IMG/VR virus record: IMGVR_UViG_3300037458_001171
Coordinates: 1-43,907 of that record
DNA from: a virus
Lineage: Duplodnaviria > Caudoviricetes
Reading direction: 5' to 3' (one strand)
DNA length: 43,907 nt
Both the position numbers and the translations under genes were made by a program. The notes beneath the pieces were generated by a model that saw nothing but the letters and a program-made list of their open reading frames with translations, had not been told where the DNA came from and searched no databases. Shown here in pieces: positions 7,744-15,546 of the stretch (positions are counted from its first letter, which is position 1; every line of letters starts with the position of its first letter).

Positions 7744-7884
7744 GGCTATTCTCCGATGTGTGAATGATAACATTACCGGTTACGATGCTCCGGCGCCGAT
7801 AGTCTTTGCGCCCGCACCTCTCGAAAGACTGCGGGTGACCTCGGCCGGTTTCACGGGAAGGGCCAGCGCCCTTCCCGCTTGATT

Positions 7885-8061
7885 CTACAGCCAGATCCGG
7901 CGGTTGTACACGCTGCCTGCGTAGCGCGACAGGCCGCGCAGCAGCTTGTCGCCCCTCCGGCACTCGAAGTTCGACCTGGAGTCCGCGCGGCGCTCCATGC
8001 GATTGCCCCCGAGATTCTTCCTTTTCGGTACGAACTGATATTGCTTTCTTCCCTTGTACAT
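7885..8061 (-). CDS. small basic hypothetical protein (58 aa)
   Basis: Hand translation MYKGRKQYQFVPKRKNLGG...RRIWL; GGAGGAG SD. Confidence 0.6.
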   Translation of the reverse strand: MYKGRKQYQFVPKRKNLGGNRMERRADSRSNFECRRGDKLLRGLSRYAGSVYNRRIWL

Positions 8062-8076
8062 GTCAGCTCCTCCGGG

Positions 8077-8310
8077 TCAGGCGCACTGCGACTGCGGGAC
8101 CAGCTCGCGGCATTCGGTGTGCGAGATGACCAGCTTGGAGCCGTCGTCGAACGCCCAGGTGTCTGTGGGCGACGGCGACGGGCAGGGGTCGATCCAGTTC
8201 GTCGACCACACCAGCGTGCCGTCCAGTTCCCCCGCCATCCTCTCGGCGAGGGCCCGGCTGAACTGGCCGTGCGGAAAGGCGCGGATCTCGATCTGTTTCG
8301 CGATACTCAT
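8077..8310 (-). CDS. hypothetical protein
   Basis: 77 aa, AGGAG SD. Confidence 0.65.
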   Translation of the reverse strand: MSIAKQIEIRAFPHGQFSRALAERMAGELDGTLVWSTNWIDPCPSPSPTDTWAFDDGSKLVISHTECRELVPQSQCA

Positions 8311-8334
8311 TTGCGTCTCCTGTGGAGTGGGTCG

Positions 8335-8384
8335 AAAAAATTCGGGAACCCGAGAGACTCTTTACTGGAATCTCTCGGGTTCCC
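8335..8384 (-). terminator. intrinsic terminator
   Basis: 14-bp perfect stem GGGAACCCGAGAGA/TCTCTCGGGTTCCC followed by GAATTTTTT on the minus strand. Confidence 0.7.
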
Positions 8385-8716
8385 CTCTGTCGCCAGAGGG
8401 TGCCTACGCGGCACGGGGAGGCTCCCCCGATCTGGATTACGCGCGGGCCGCGCTCTCGTCGCTATCTCTGTAACTGCGGGTACCGAACACCGGTGCCAGA
8501 TCCACCGGATATCAGAGCCCGCGGCTGCCGCGCCTTTGAATGGCGCGCGGCGTCTCGCCTCCTGCAGACCCGACTATCAAGACAATCGACCGGGTCTGCT
8601 GCGTTATAGCGGGCCTTTTAAAGACGTGCCCAGGTCTTCACAGGAGTCACCGCGGGAGGACCCCCTTTGCGAGAGGCCCTCCCGGCAGCCCCCTCTCGTG
8701 GAGGGGAGCTCCCGCC
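8385..8716 (-). ncRNA. candidate highly structured non-coding RNA
   Basis: No credible ORF; at least six hairpins with minus-strand G-U pairs, one copy of the pseudoknot motif and further pseudoknot pairings. Confidence 0.5.
8611..8639 (-). repeat. H-type pseudoknot motif, copy 1
   Basis: GAAGAC-CTGGGCAC-GTCTTT-AAAA-GGCCC. Confidence 0.75.
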
Positions 8717-8839
8717 TTACGACAGCCGACCGAGTGCCTGTAGGCACTCTCTCAGCGTGTAGAACTCGCCGGCGATGACGCCCGCGTCAGATACAGCTAT
8801 CCACCTTGTGCCGTGCTCCGTGACCTTCCTGCATGCCAT
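8717..8839 (-). CDS. small hypothetical protein (40 aa)
   Basis: MACRKVTEHGTRWIAVSDAGVIAGEFYTLRECLQALGRLS; AGGAG SD just after motif A. Confidence 0.6.
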   Translation of the reverse strand: MACRKVTEHGTRWIAVSDAGVIAGEFYTLRECLQALGRLS

Positions 8840-8856
8840 CTTGCGTCTCCTGTGAC

Positions 8857-8898
8857 GATAGGCATCTGCCTATCATATAAGATGGCGCGATCAGCGCG
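8857..8898 (-). promoter_or_regulatory. motif A (hairpin-containing putative promoter/operator), copy 1
   Basis: CGCGCTGATCGCGCCATCTTATAT-GATAGGC-AGAT-GCCTATC, ungapped match to copies near 13740 and 32689. Confidence 0.7.
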
Positions 8899-9121
8899 GG
8901 CGAACGCCGCCCTCCGGCCACAGATCGTTGAGCACGATGGCCTCTCCCCGCCTTATCCAGGAGCTGTGTAGCACGCACTCCTCTCCCCCGGCCCGGTTCC
9001 TCACCACCAGGTGTATCAGAGCGCCGCTCCTGGTGGCGGCTCCGAGCTCTACCTCCAGGCTGAATGGTCCCGCGATCAGGGCCTCCTTCTGGGCGCGCGT
9101 GAGCCTGACGAACGTCTTCAT
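8891..9121 (-). CDS. hypothetical protein
   Basis: MKTFVRLTRAQKE..., ATGA overlap. Confidence 0.55.
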   Translation of the reverse strand: MKTFVRLTRAQKEALIAGPFSLEVELGAATRSGALIHLVVRNRAGGEECVLHSSWIRRGEAIVLNDLWPEGGVRPR

Positions 9122-9369
9122 CCCCATACAACATCCGCTCCCCTGTCGTGTGCGACCTTGACCACCTCCAGGATCTCTGCCGCCTCCTCCCTGCACCGCC
9201 CCCCGGCGTTGGCCAGTATTATCAGCCTTCTGCGCACCGCCGGCAGAGTCTCATTGGGCCACATGCCGGGAGACTCCGGCGCCGCCCCCATGGTCTCCAG
9301 CAGGCCATACGCCTGCAAGTCCGTCAGGGAGCGGCACTCGCCGGCGCCGTACGCGAAGAACGTAACCAC
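9118..9369 (-). CDS. hypothetical protein
   Basis: 83 aa, tiling. Confidence 0.55.
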   Translation of the reverse strand: MVTFFAYGAGECRSLTDLQAYGLLETMGAAPESPGMWPNETLPAVRRRLIILANAGGRCREEAAEILEVVKVAHDRGADVVWG

Positions 9370-9372
9370 GAT

Positions 9373-9936
9373 TTACGCTGCGACCTCCGGGGGCGCCGCC
9401 TTGGCGGTATTCTCCAGCCGCCACGAGCGCAGCCTCCGCAGCATCGGCGCGGCGGCCAGCGCCTGCCTCTCGGCGTCGTCCCTGGCGTTGTGCCTGGTGT
9501 GGACGGATCTCTCCGGCCACTTGTCGTCGGGGAACAGGGCCGCCAGCGTCCTGAAGCATCTGTCGTCCCGGAAGTGCCACGGGCATTTCAGCTCGGTTCT
9601 GCTGTACGCGTTCCGTATGATTATGTTGTCGAACGTCGCCCCGAAGCCCCAGACGCCCTTGCAGCCGTGCAAGCAGTAGAAGTTGGTCAGCTTGGTGAGG
9701 GCCTCGTGCAGGGTGTCCGTCCCCGCGGTGAGGATGGTCCGGGCCTCCTCCGACTGGCCCATCCACCACCTGATCGTCACGGCGTCCATCTTGCCGTGCC
9801 GCGCCGCGCTCTCGAAGGATACCTGCGACAGGAACGAGTCGAACATGCCGTCCTCGTTGAACGAGGCGGCCCCTATCTGCACGACGGCGGCGAACGGTCC
9901 GTTGCCCAGCGTCTCCAGATCCAGCATCATCTCCAT
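9373..9936 (-). CDS. DEDDh 3'-5' exo(ribo)nuclease (Rv2179c-like)
   Basis: MLDLETLG (ExoI), WGFGATFDNII (ExoII), RDDRCFRTL, HNARDDA (ExoIII). Confidence 0.9.
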   Translation of the reverse strand: MEMMLDLETLGNGPFAAVVQIGAASFNEDGMFDSFLSQVSFESAARHGKMDAVTIRWWMGQSEEARTILTAGTDTLHEALTKLTNFYCLHGCKGVWGFGATFDNIIIRNAYSRTELKCPWHFRDDRCFRTLAALFPDDKWPERSVHTRHNARDDAERQALAAAPMLRRLRSWRLENTAKAAPPEVAA

Positions 9937-9973
9937 CAGATTCTCCAGTCTCTCGGATGTTACTGCAGGCCCG

Positions 9974-10195
9974 TCACGACATCATGCCCATCTTTTTCAG
10001 AGCGTCCCGAATTATCAGATCGTTGACGGGATCGAAGCTGCGCTGCAGCAGCGCGTACGCGCGCACCACCGCGCCCGCGGACTCGTCGCCCGCACGGAAC
10101 AGCTGCCCGATCTCTGGGCCCCTCAGTCTGAGCACCGGCATGACCTCTCTGTGAAAATTCTCGGCGGCCTCATGCCAGTTGCCGTTGATCTGCAT
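9974..10195 (-). CDS. hypothetical protein
   Basis: 73 aa, GGAG SD, downstream of motif B. Confidence 0.6.
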   Translation of the reverse strand: MQINGNWHEAAENFHREVMPVLRLRGPEIGQLFRAGDESAGAVVRAYALLQRSFDPVNDLIIRDALKKMGMMS

Positions 10196-10212
10196 TCTCT
10201 CCCTCCGGTCTT

Positions 10213-10228
10213 GGGTTAAAATAACGGG
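10213..10228 (-). promoter_or_regulatory. motif B (putative phage promoter), copy 1
   Basis: CCCGTT-ATT-TTAACCC. Confidence 0.55.
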
Positions 10229-10255
10229 GGACCGCCGAACGGTCGCGATCGAATG

Positions 10256-10492
10256 TCAGCGGGACTCCCGGAGCTTCGAGGCCACCGCCACTATGAGAGA
10301 GGCCAGCACGTCGAAATCTGTCTCGCGGCCCAGATGCACCACCTCCTCCACCATAGTGGCCGGTATATCGGTCGGCCCGCGATTCTTGCGCAGCGCCGCG
10401 CGCCCCTTTGCCAGATTCCTCCGGATGGCGGAGAGCCGCGCCTCGGTCATCGCGCGCCCTCTGCTGTCTTTCCTGACGGATGCTTCCTCCAT
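10256..10492 (-). CDS. hypothetical protein
   Basis: 78 aa, tiling. Confidence 0.6.
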   Translation of the reverse strand: MEEASVRKDSRGRAMTEARLSAIRRNLAKGRAALRKNRGPTDIPATMVEEVVHLGRETDFDVLASLIVAVASKLRESR

Positions 10493-10495
10493 TTT

Positions 10496-10729
10496 TCACC
10501 CCTTGAATATGGATATCGACGCGGGCCCCCTGCGGTACTGCGCGTGCAGGCGGCCGTTCCTCACGTCGTACACCTCGAAGGACTCGCCCGGGACGGCCCA
10601 TTTTACCAGCACCAGCGCGGAGTCCATCGCGTGCCGCAGGTGCACGTAGTTGCGCCCCCTGGCGTGCCTTCTGTGCTTGGCCTCCCAGATTCTGAACGGC
10701 CTCTTCGCGGAGCTTTTCGCCCTTTTCAT
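10496..10729 (-). CDS. small basic hypothetical protein
   Basis: MKRAKSSAKRPFRIWEAK..., GGAG SD. Confidence 0.6.
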   Translation of the reverse strand: MKRAKSSAKRPFRIWEAKHRRHARGRNYVHLRHAMDSALVLVKWAVPGESFEVYDVRNGRLHAQYRRGPASISIFKG

Positions 10730-10947
10730 ACTCTCTCCAGTAGTCGAAGATTTCCTAGATCGTCCATCACGGCGTGGATATTCACGGACCAGGCACCCGG
10801 GTCCACCACGAGAGTCACCAGCCACTTCTCCGGCTCGCAGACCTCGTGCCACCTGTGGTATATCCAGTGCACGCCGCCGCCGTGCGTGCTGCCGGAGGCC
10901 CGGAAGTCCTCCCGGTACCCGAACACGGCGTCATATTCGCACGTCAT
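10726..10947 (-). CDS. hypothetical protein
   Basis: MTCEYDAVFG..., ATGA overlaps at both ends. Confidence 0.55.
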   Translation of the reverse strand: MTCEYDAVFGYREDFRASGSTHGGGVHWIYHRWHEVCEPEKWLVTLVVDPGAWSVNIHAVMDDLGNLRLLERV

Positions 10948-11690
10948 GCGATCTGGTCCAGGATTTCCGTCATGCCCAGCGTGCGCTTCCAGTTGGACAG
11001 TACGGTGGGGGACTTGCCGTCGCCCTTCAGGGACTCGGTGATGGCGTTGTGGAGGCCCCACAGGTTCTTCTCGTGAGAGAATTCCGACCGGCTCGGGATC
11101 GCCCACTCGTCCAGCGCGGTGTGCAGGGACCGCGCGCCCAGCACGCCGGCCCTGTACAGCTTCGCGATCACCTGATCCCCCTCCTCCAGCGTGAGCCGCG
11201 CCCGCCTGTACCGCCCGAACCTCTGGGACTGCCTCCCGGCCAGCTCCGGCACGCGCTCGCAGGCTCTGGCGACCAGCCTGGGCATTCGGGTGTCGATGTT
11301 GCTGGTCTGCCGCGTGTGCAGGTCCACCTCCCCGGAGAAAGCCAGGTTGTCGCACACGAACACCCGGCTGCCGACCGCTATGCCCCTAGGCAGGGACTGA
11401 TCGTAGCTGCCCCTCAGGCCGACCATCAGGGCGAAGTCGCCCTCGTCCCCGAGCTCCAGCAGTCCGAAGAATTGCGTGGGAACCGAGAACTCGCCGATCT
11501 GGCGGGTACGGACCCCGTAGGACTCGTCCCTGACCCGCAGCCCGAGCCCCTCCAGACTCTCCAGGACCAGTTCCACGTCCTCGATGAACGGCCGCGTCTC
11601 GTGGTTCGGACCGATCGGCATCGGGACGGGCATCCCGGCTAGCTGGTCTCTGGTAATGGCGCCGGCGCCGCAGTGCAGTAGCAGGCTCAT
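10944..11690 (-). CDS. DUF932-family protein
   Basis: Start MSLLLHCGA at 11690 (AAGGAGG SD); GLRGSYDQS...GSRVFVCDNLAFSG motif. Confidence 0.8.
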   Translation of the reverse strand: MSLLLHCGAGAITRDQLAGMPVPMPIGPNHETRPFIEDVELVLESLEGLGLRVRDESYGVRTRQIGEFSVPTQFFGLLELGDEGDFALMVGLRGSYDQSLPRGIAVGSRVFVCDNLAFSGEVDLHTRQTSNIDTRMPRLVARACERVPELAGRQSQRFGRYRRARLTLEEGDQVIAKLYRAGVLGARSLHTALDEWAIPSRSEFSHEKNLWGLHNAITESLKGDGKSPTVLSNWKRTLGMTEILDQIA

Positions 11691-12817
11691 TGGCCCTCCT
11701 TCGTGTTTGATCTGTTGTCTATGGTGTAGTCTTTGGTCACGGAGCCCCTCTCGCCGCTGCCTTTGATGTAGGCACTCTTCCAGACGAGCTTTACGCCGCT
11801 TTTCGTGTGATACCGTTGCGAGTGACCTCTCGTCCAGTGCTCGACGGGGCTGGCGTGGGTGCCTCCTCTGGGCTCGTACGAGACAGGATCGCTGGGCACC
11901 TCCAGCTTCAGGATCCTGAACTCGTGACACGGCACGGGCTCGTTCTCCAGCTTCCCGCCCGGCTCTCTCGCCTTGTTCTGCGGAGTTACGAACACGTTGC
12001 GACATCTGAGGGCGTCTATCAGGCTGCATACGGCGAAAATCTCCGCCTGCAGATTCTTATAGGCCAGCTCCAGCATCCCATTCATGTCCAACGGCGCAGT
12101 CGTAAACGACGTCATGGGTCTCTTGAACATGTTCAGGTATTTGACCGCGTTTTTGTCGGACCAGACCCTGTACCGAGCTGTGCCTGGTTTGCTAATGTCT
12201 CCTTCGAAGAAGATCGGCGCGTTTACGATGGACATCATGGAGAAATTCAGGCTCTTGTTGTTAAGCGCGCTGGCGATGTTTTTGACCATATTTACGATCT
12301 TGCTCTTGTCCGCCGCCAGATCTTTCAGAGAACCCAGCGGTCCGCCCTGCACTCTCTCCATCAATTCCTGATGCGTGTGTGTCCTATCGCAGATCTCCAC
12401 CTGGAAGTCGCACGGCGCCCACACCGGGCCGAACTGCGTGACCGCCGGATCGCGCATTCTGGAGATGGAATTTATGGTCACGATACGCTCTCCGTCCTCG
12501 GTGACGCTCTCCTCGGCCAGGACTATGATGTAGTCGCAGCCCACCAGCCCGGCCTCGCGGTCTCCGAACAGGTCCACCTCCATTTCCAGTACGGTCGTGG
12601 GGAACGGCAGCCTGAACGGCATCGGGAAGACCGCGTGCCTCTTGTCACCAATCACGGCGTTTCGGGGCATCTTGAACTTGTGCGCCGTTCTGATCCGCTC
12701 AAGCAGGCTATCCCCGTAATCGGCCTCCTGCACGGCCCCGGCGGCGCGCAGTTTTTTGTTGAGGACATTATGCATGAATTTCGCTGCTTCCTTATACTTG
12801 CTGAACTCTACGTCCAT
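11687..12817 (-). CDS. conserved phage hypothetical protein
   Basis: 376 aa; C-terminal GGTHASPVEHWTRGH...VW...IKG...G.V.KDY motif. Confidence 0.8.
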   Translation of the reverse strand: MDVEFSKYKEAAKFMHNVLNKKLRAAGAVQEADYGDSLLERIRTAHKFKMPRNAVIGDKRHAVFPMPFRLPFPTTVLEMEVDLFGDREAGLVGCDYIIVLAEESVTEDGERIVTINSISRMRDPAVTQFGPVWAPCDFQVEICDRTHTHQELMERVQGGPLGSLKDLAADKSKIVNMVKNIASALNNKSLNFSMMSIVNAPIFFEGDISKPGTARYRVWSDKNAVKYLNMFKRPMTSFTTAPLDMNGMLELAYKNLQAEIFAVCSLIDALRCRNVFVTPQNKAREPGGKLENEPVPCHEFRILKLEVPSDPVSYEPRGGTHASPVEHWTRGHSQRYHTKSGVKLVWKSAYIKGSGERGSVTKDYTIDNRSNTKEGQ

Positions 12818-12828
12818 ACCGTTTCCTG

Positions 12829-12905
12829 TGGTGGGCCGGGCGGGGCTCGAACCCGCGACCCGCGGATTATGAGTCCGCCGCTCTGACCGACTGAGCTACC
12901 GGCCC
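12829..12905 (-). tRNA. tRNA with CAT anticodon, probably tRNA-Ile2 (lysidine type); elongator Met not excluded
   Basis: GGGCCGGTAGCTCAGTCGGTCAGAGCGGCGGACTCATAATCCGCGGGTCGCGGGTTCGAGCCCCGCCCGGCCCACCA; full cloverleaf, G1-C72 paired (not initiator), C4-G69/C5-G68, encoded CCA. Confidence 0.95.
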
Positions 12906-12909
12906 CAGC

Positions 12910-13116
12910 TTAGTTTGCTGTTCTGGCCCTCCCGAAGCATTTGTCTCTGGGTCCTTCGCAGCCGTGGCACGGGTCGCGGCCCGCGTTGACCTCGTGCATC
13001 ACGACCGTGCCCCCGAGCAGGCAGCGTGGAGGGACGTACCCCTGGCCCTTGGCCATTTCCAGCAGGATGTCGTCGGCATCCGGCACTCCCCGGTCGAAAT
13101 AGTGCGGCTTCGTCAT
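12910..13116 (-). CDS. small Cys-containing hypothetical protein
   Basis: MTKPHYFDRG...CHGCEGPRDKC. Confidence 0.6.
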   Translation of the reverse strand: MTKPHYFDRGVPDADDILLEMAKGQGYVPPRCLLGGTVVMHEVNAGRDPCHGCEGPRDKCFGRARTAN

Positions 13117-13298
13117 GGCGTGCACTTCGACTGCGGATTGCAGACTTCCTGCATGAATGCCCACACGTCCTTTGCCGAGTCGAACGGGACGTGGAGCCGG
13201 CTACCGTTGGTGAAGGTGACGGAGGCACCCGTCGGGGTCTCCTGGATGTGCGTCACATGATCCAGGTTCAGCACCGCGTTCCTGGTCAGGTACATCAT
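13113..13298 (-). CDS. small hypothetical protein
   Basis: MMYLTRNAVLNLDHVTHIQE..., GGAGG SD. Confidence 0.6.
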   Translation of the reverse strand: MMYLTRNAVLNLDHVTHIQETPTGASVTFTNGSRLHVPFDSAKDVWAFMQEVCNPQSKCTP

Positions 13299-13723
13299 TT
13301 CTTCGCCTCCGTCCTCTCGTGGGCCCCGCTCAGCCTGCCCGCGCCCGCCTCCAGGATCGGCAGCCCCGCCTCCGTCGGCACGTACACCACCTGCATCTGG
13401 TTGGTCTGCAGACCCTGTATCCACAGGTAGCGGAGGTAGCCCTCGTTGCCGCGCAGGCTGTCTCCGATGATCCTGTTGGCCTCGGAGACGCCCTTGGCCC
13501 TCTCCACCTCGGCGTCCCCGAGCATCTTGGCGGACTCCAGTTTGGCCCTGGCCTCCTGGATGGCTATCTGCCTGTTCTGCTCGGCCCTCTTCAGCTCGGC
13601 CTCGCCAGCCAGCTGCTGCTGGTAGACGTTGTACTGCGGGCATCCCCACATGCCCACCGCCGTCAGCAGGCCCAAAACTAACAGGCCCACCACGGAGTAC
13701 GACACCATCGTTCTGTCTTCCAT
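13295..13723 (-). CDS. membrane-anchored coiled-coil protein (SPFH/band-7 C-terminus-like)
   Basis: N-terminal TM, then AEL.RAEQNRQI...AEVERAKGV.EAN.II..SL...YLRYLWI. Confidence 0.8.
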   Translation of the reverse strand: MEDRTMVSYSVVGLLVLGLLTAVGMWGCPQYNVYQQQLAGEAELKRAEQNRQIAIQEARAKLESAKMLGDAEVERAKGVSEANRIIGDSLRGNEGYLRYLWIQGLQTNQMQVVYVPTEAGLPILEAGAGRLSGAHERTEAKK

Positions 13724-13739
13724 CGGATCTCCTTGAGTG

Positions 13740-13782
13740 AGACAGACTTCTGTCTGTCTGATAAGATTACAGGATCAGCGCG
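13740..13782 (-). promoter_or_regulatory. motif A, copy 2
   Basis: CGCGCTGATCCTGTAATCTTATC-AGACAGAC-AGAA-GTCTGTCT then AAGGAG SD. Confidence 0.7.
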
Positions 13783-13819
13783 GCGGGGCGGCGCACCGGC
13801 GTGCCGCGCACGGGTGGGA

Positions 13820-14050
13820 TTATGACCTGTTACCCGCGCCGCCCCTTTTCATTGTCAGGTACTCCGTCTCCGGCGTCCTGGGCCGTGGGTCCCTGTAGCC
13901 GTGTATCTTGCAGCGCTGCTGCGGCAGTAGTACCGACGGCGCGGCCCGGGGCAGCAGGCGCACGCACTCCGGGCAGGGCACGCCGTGTTTCTCCCTGGCC
14001 TCCCTGCGGCCGTCGCGGATGTATCGGCACATCTCCCCGTAGTCACTCAT
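13820..14050 (-). CDS. small putative zinc-binding protein
   Basis: CPEC...CKIH; ATGA overlap. Confidence 0.65.
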   Translation of the reverse strand: MSDYGEMCRYIRDGRREAREKHGVPCPECVRLLPRAAPSVLLPQQRCKIHGYRDPRPRTPETEYLTMKRGGAGNRS

Positions 14051-14511
14051 GGCATCAGCACGATCCCGCGCATCCACGGGATCACCTCCACCTTCAGCCC
14101 CAGGATCCGGCGTCCGAATCCCACCTCGGCGTCGAACGTGAACCAGCCGGGCTCGGCCTCGTCCATGATCTGCGAGTAGTCCTCGGATCCCACCAGGAGA
14201 CGCTGCCCCTCCCTGTCGAAGTTCTCCAGCAGGTCCTTTTTCTGCGCGAACACCCTCTCTATGAACTTCGGCGGGTCCACGACGTGTTTCGTGAAGGTGA
14301 CCCTCTCCAGGAAGCTGTTCTCAAGCGCCCCGGTCCTCTGTAGGAACCACCAGGCGGCGCGCTGCGCGGCCGACAGGCGACCCCGCGGCCTGAAGTGGTA
14401 CGAGTCGGGCTGCAGCTCCCTCGCGATCCGGCTCTCGTGCCGTATGAACTCCACCCTCTGTTTCACGCGTAGTCTCCTGAATGAAGATTCGGTGCGGACA
14501 CATCGGCTCAT
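14047..14511 (-). CDS. hypothetical protein
   Basis: MSRCVRTE..., GGAGG SD. Confidence 0.7.
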   Translation of the reverse strand: MSRCVRTESSFRRLRVKQRVEFIRHESRIARELQPDSYHFRPRGRLSAAQRAAWWFLQRTGALENSFLERVTFTKHVVDPPKFIERVFAQKKDLLENFDREGQRLLVGSEDYSQIMDEAEPGWFTFDAEVGFGRRILGLKVEVIPWMRGIVLMP

Positions 14512-14807
14512 CGGGCCTCCCGCCGCTCCGTTTAGCAATCGACGACCAAGCATTTTCCGATTGATGGTCGGTACTACTCTTTCGCCGCCCTGCTCCGGCT
14601 TCCCACTGCCGTCTGCTCCTTCTCTCCATGTTTGGCGGGGCGCACTGGTTTCACTTCCCCGAAATTTACTTCCACGTCTGTTCCTGGTTCCGCCCGCGAT
14701 TCATGACTTCGCTGCTGTGCATCCACCACGATGCTTAACTTCGGCGTCCACGCTTCCGCAGTGCTTGGGCCTCGGGGTGAGCGGGCCACGTTCCCCTTGC
14801 GAAAAGT

Positions 14808-14883
14808 AGGCTACTCGCTGCACCACCGCGCCTGTTCCTGTAACAGTGCCGGCATGTCCCTACGGTGGCATCCGCTTTCACCC
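14808..14883 (-). ncRNA. candidate structured RNA with loop-E/sarcin-ricin-type internal loop
   Basis: GGGT-GAA-A-GC-GGA-TGCCACCG...CGGTGGTGCA-GC-G-AGTA-GCCT in an apparently non-coding gap of about 370 nt. Confidence 0.45.
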
Positions 14884-15022
14884 GTGTGTCATCCCATGAA
14901 GAACAGGTAGCTGCGAACGGCCACGGACGCCCAGAACCCGGCGAACACCGCCAGGGCGACGCTTAACGCGGCCGCCACGACCGACTCCATTGCGTGTTTC
15001 ATCCCGTCTCCTGCAAATCCGT

Positions 15023-15343
15023 CTACAGCACCTCACTGAGGATCCTCCAGGACACGAGTCCCGTGTCGCCGAAGATCATCACTACCGGTTTGCCGACCAG
15101 ACCGTTGAAGTAGACGGTCCTCGCGTCCTGCATCAGCTGGTACAACGCCTCCCCCACGGGCCGCCCGCTGGGCGGGTGCAGCCAGTCGCCCGGTACCAGC
15201 GGCCAGAATTCCGACACGCTCCTGCCCTGTCCAGACAGGTAGAAGTAGAAGCCGAGCTTTCCGTCCTGCGACGTCACGACCGCCGTGGTGATCTTACCGT
15301 ACACCGTCTCCATGCGCCCCCCAGACTCTAGTGCGCGGCTCAT
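15023..15343 (-). CDS. hypothetical protein
   Basis: 106 aa, tiling. Confidence 0.65.
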   Translation of the reverse strand: MSRALESGGRMETVYGKITTAVVTSQDGKLGFYFYLSGQGRSVSEFWPLVPGDWLHPPSGRPVGEALYQLMQDARTVYFNGLVGKPVVMIFGDTGLVSWRILSEVL

Positions 15344-15495
15344 TCCGGTTTCACCTCCAGCTGCCCGTCGATGTCCAGCACGCTGTCGCCACCCTCGGAC
15401 AGGGACTGGAAGTGGGCCGCCAGCAGCGCGAACGCCTCATCGACGTTCTCCGCGTCCATCTTGAAGCTACCCTCGAACACGAACACCATCTCCAT
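15340..15495 (-). CDS. small acidic hypothetical protein (51 aa)
   Basis: MEMVFVFEGSFKMDAENVDEAFALL...; GAGGTG SD. Confidence 0.6.
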   Translation of the reverse strand: MEMVFVFEGSFKMDAENVDEAFALLAAHFQSLSEGGDSVLDIDGQLEVKPE

Positions 15496-15504
15496 CACCT
15501 CGCG

Positions 15505-15534
15505 AAAAAAGACCCCGGGCGGAGTGCCCGGGGC
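15505..15534 (-). terminator. intrinsic terminator
   Basis: GCCCCGGGC-ACTCC-GCCCGGGGT-CTTTTTT. Confidence 0.85.
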
Positions 15535-15546
15535 GGGGTTGTGGGA

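Noticed and set aside
7775-7850. c-di-GMP-I (GEMM) riboswitch, suggested by C-GAGA-G and GGCGCAAAG
   Set aside because: The upstream GGCAAAC element and the second stem with tetraloop receptor are not recognisable; kept only as an unassigned structured leader.
8466-8522. HDV-like/theta ribozyme, suggested by nested pseudoknot topology
   Set aside because: The P3-equivalent stem is 6 bp, its loop lacks the HDV L3 consensus, and no P1.1 or catalytic-C junction is evident.
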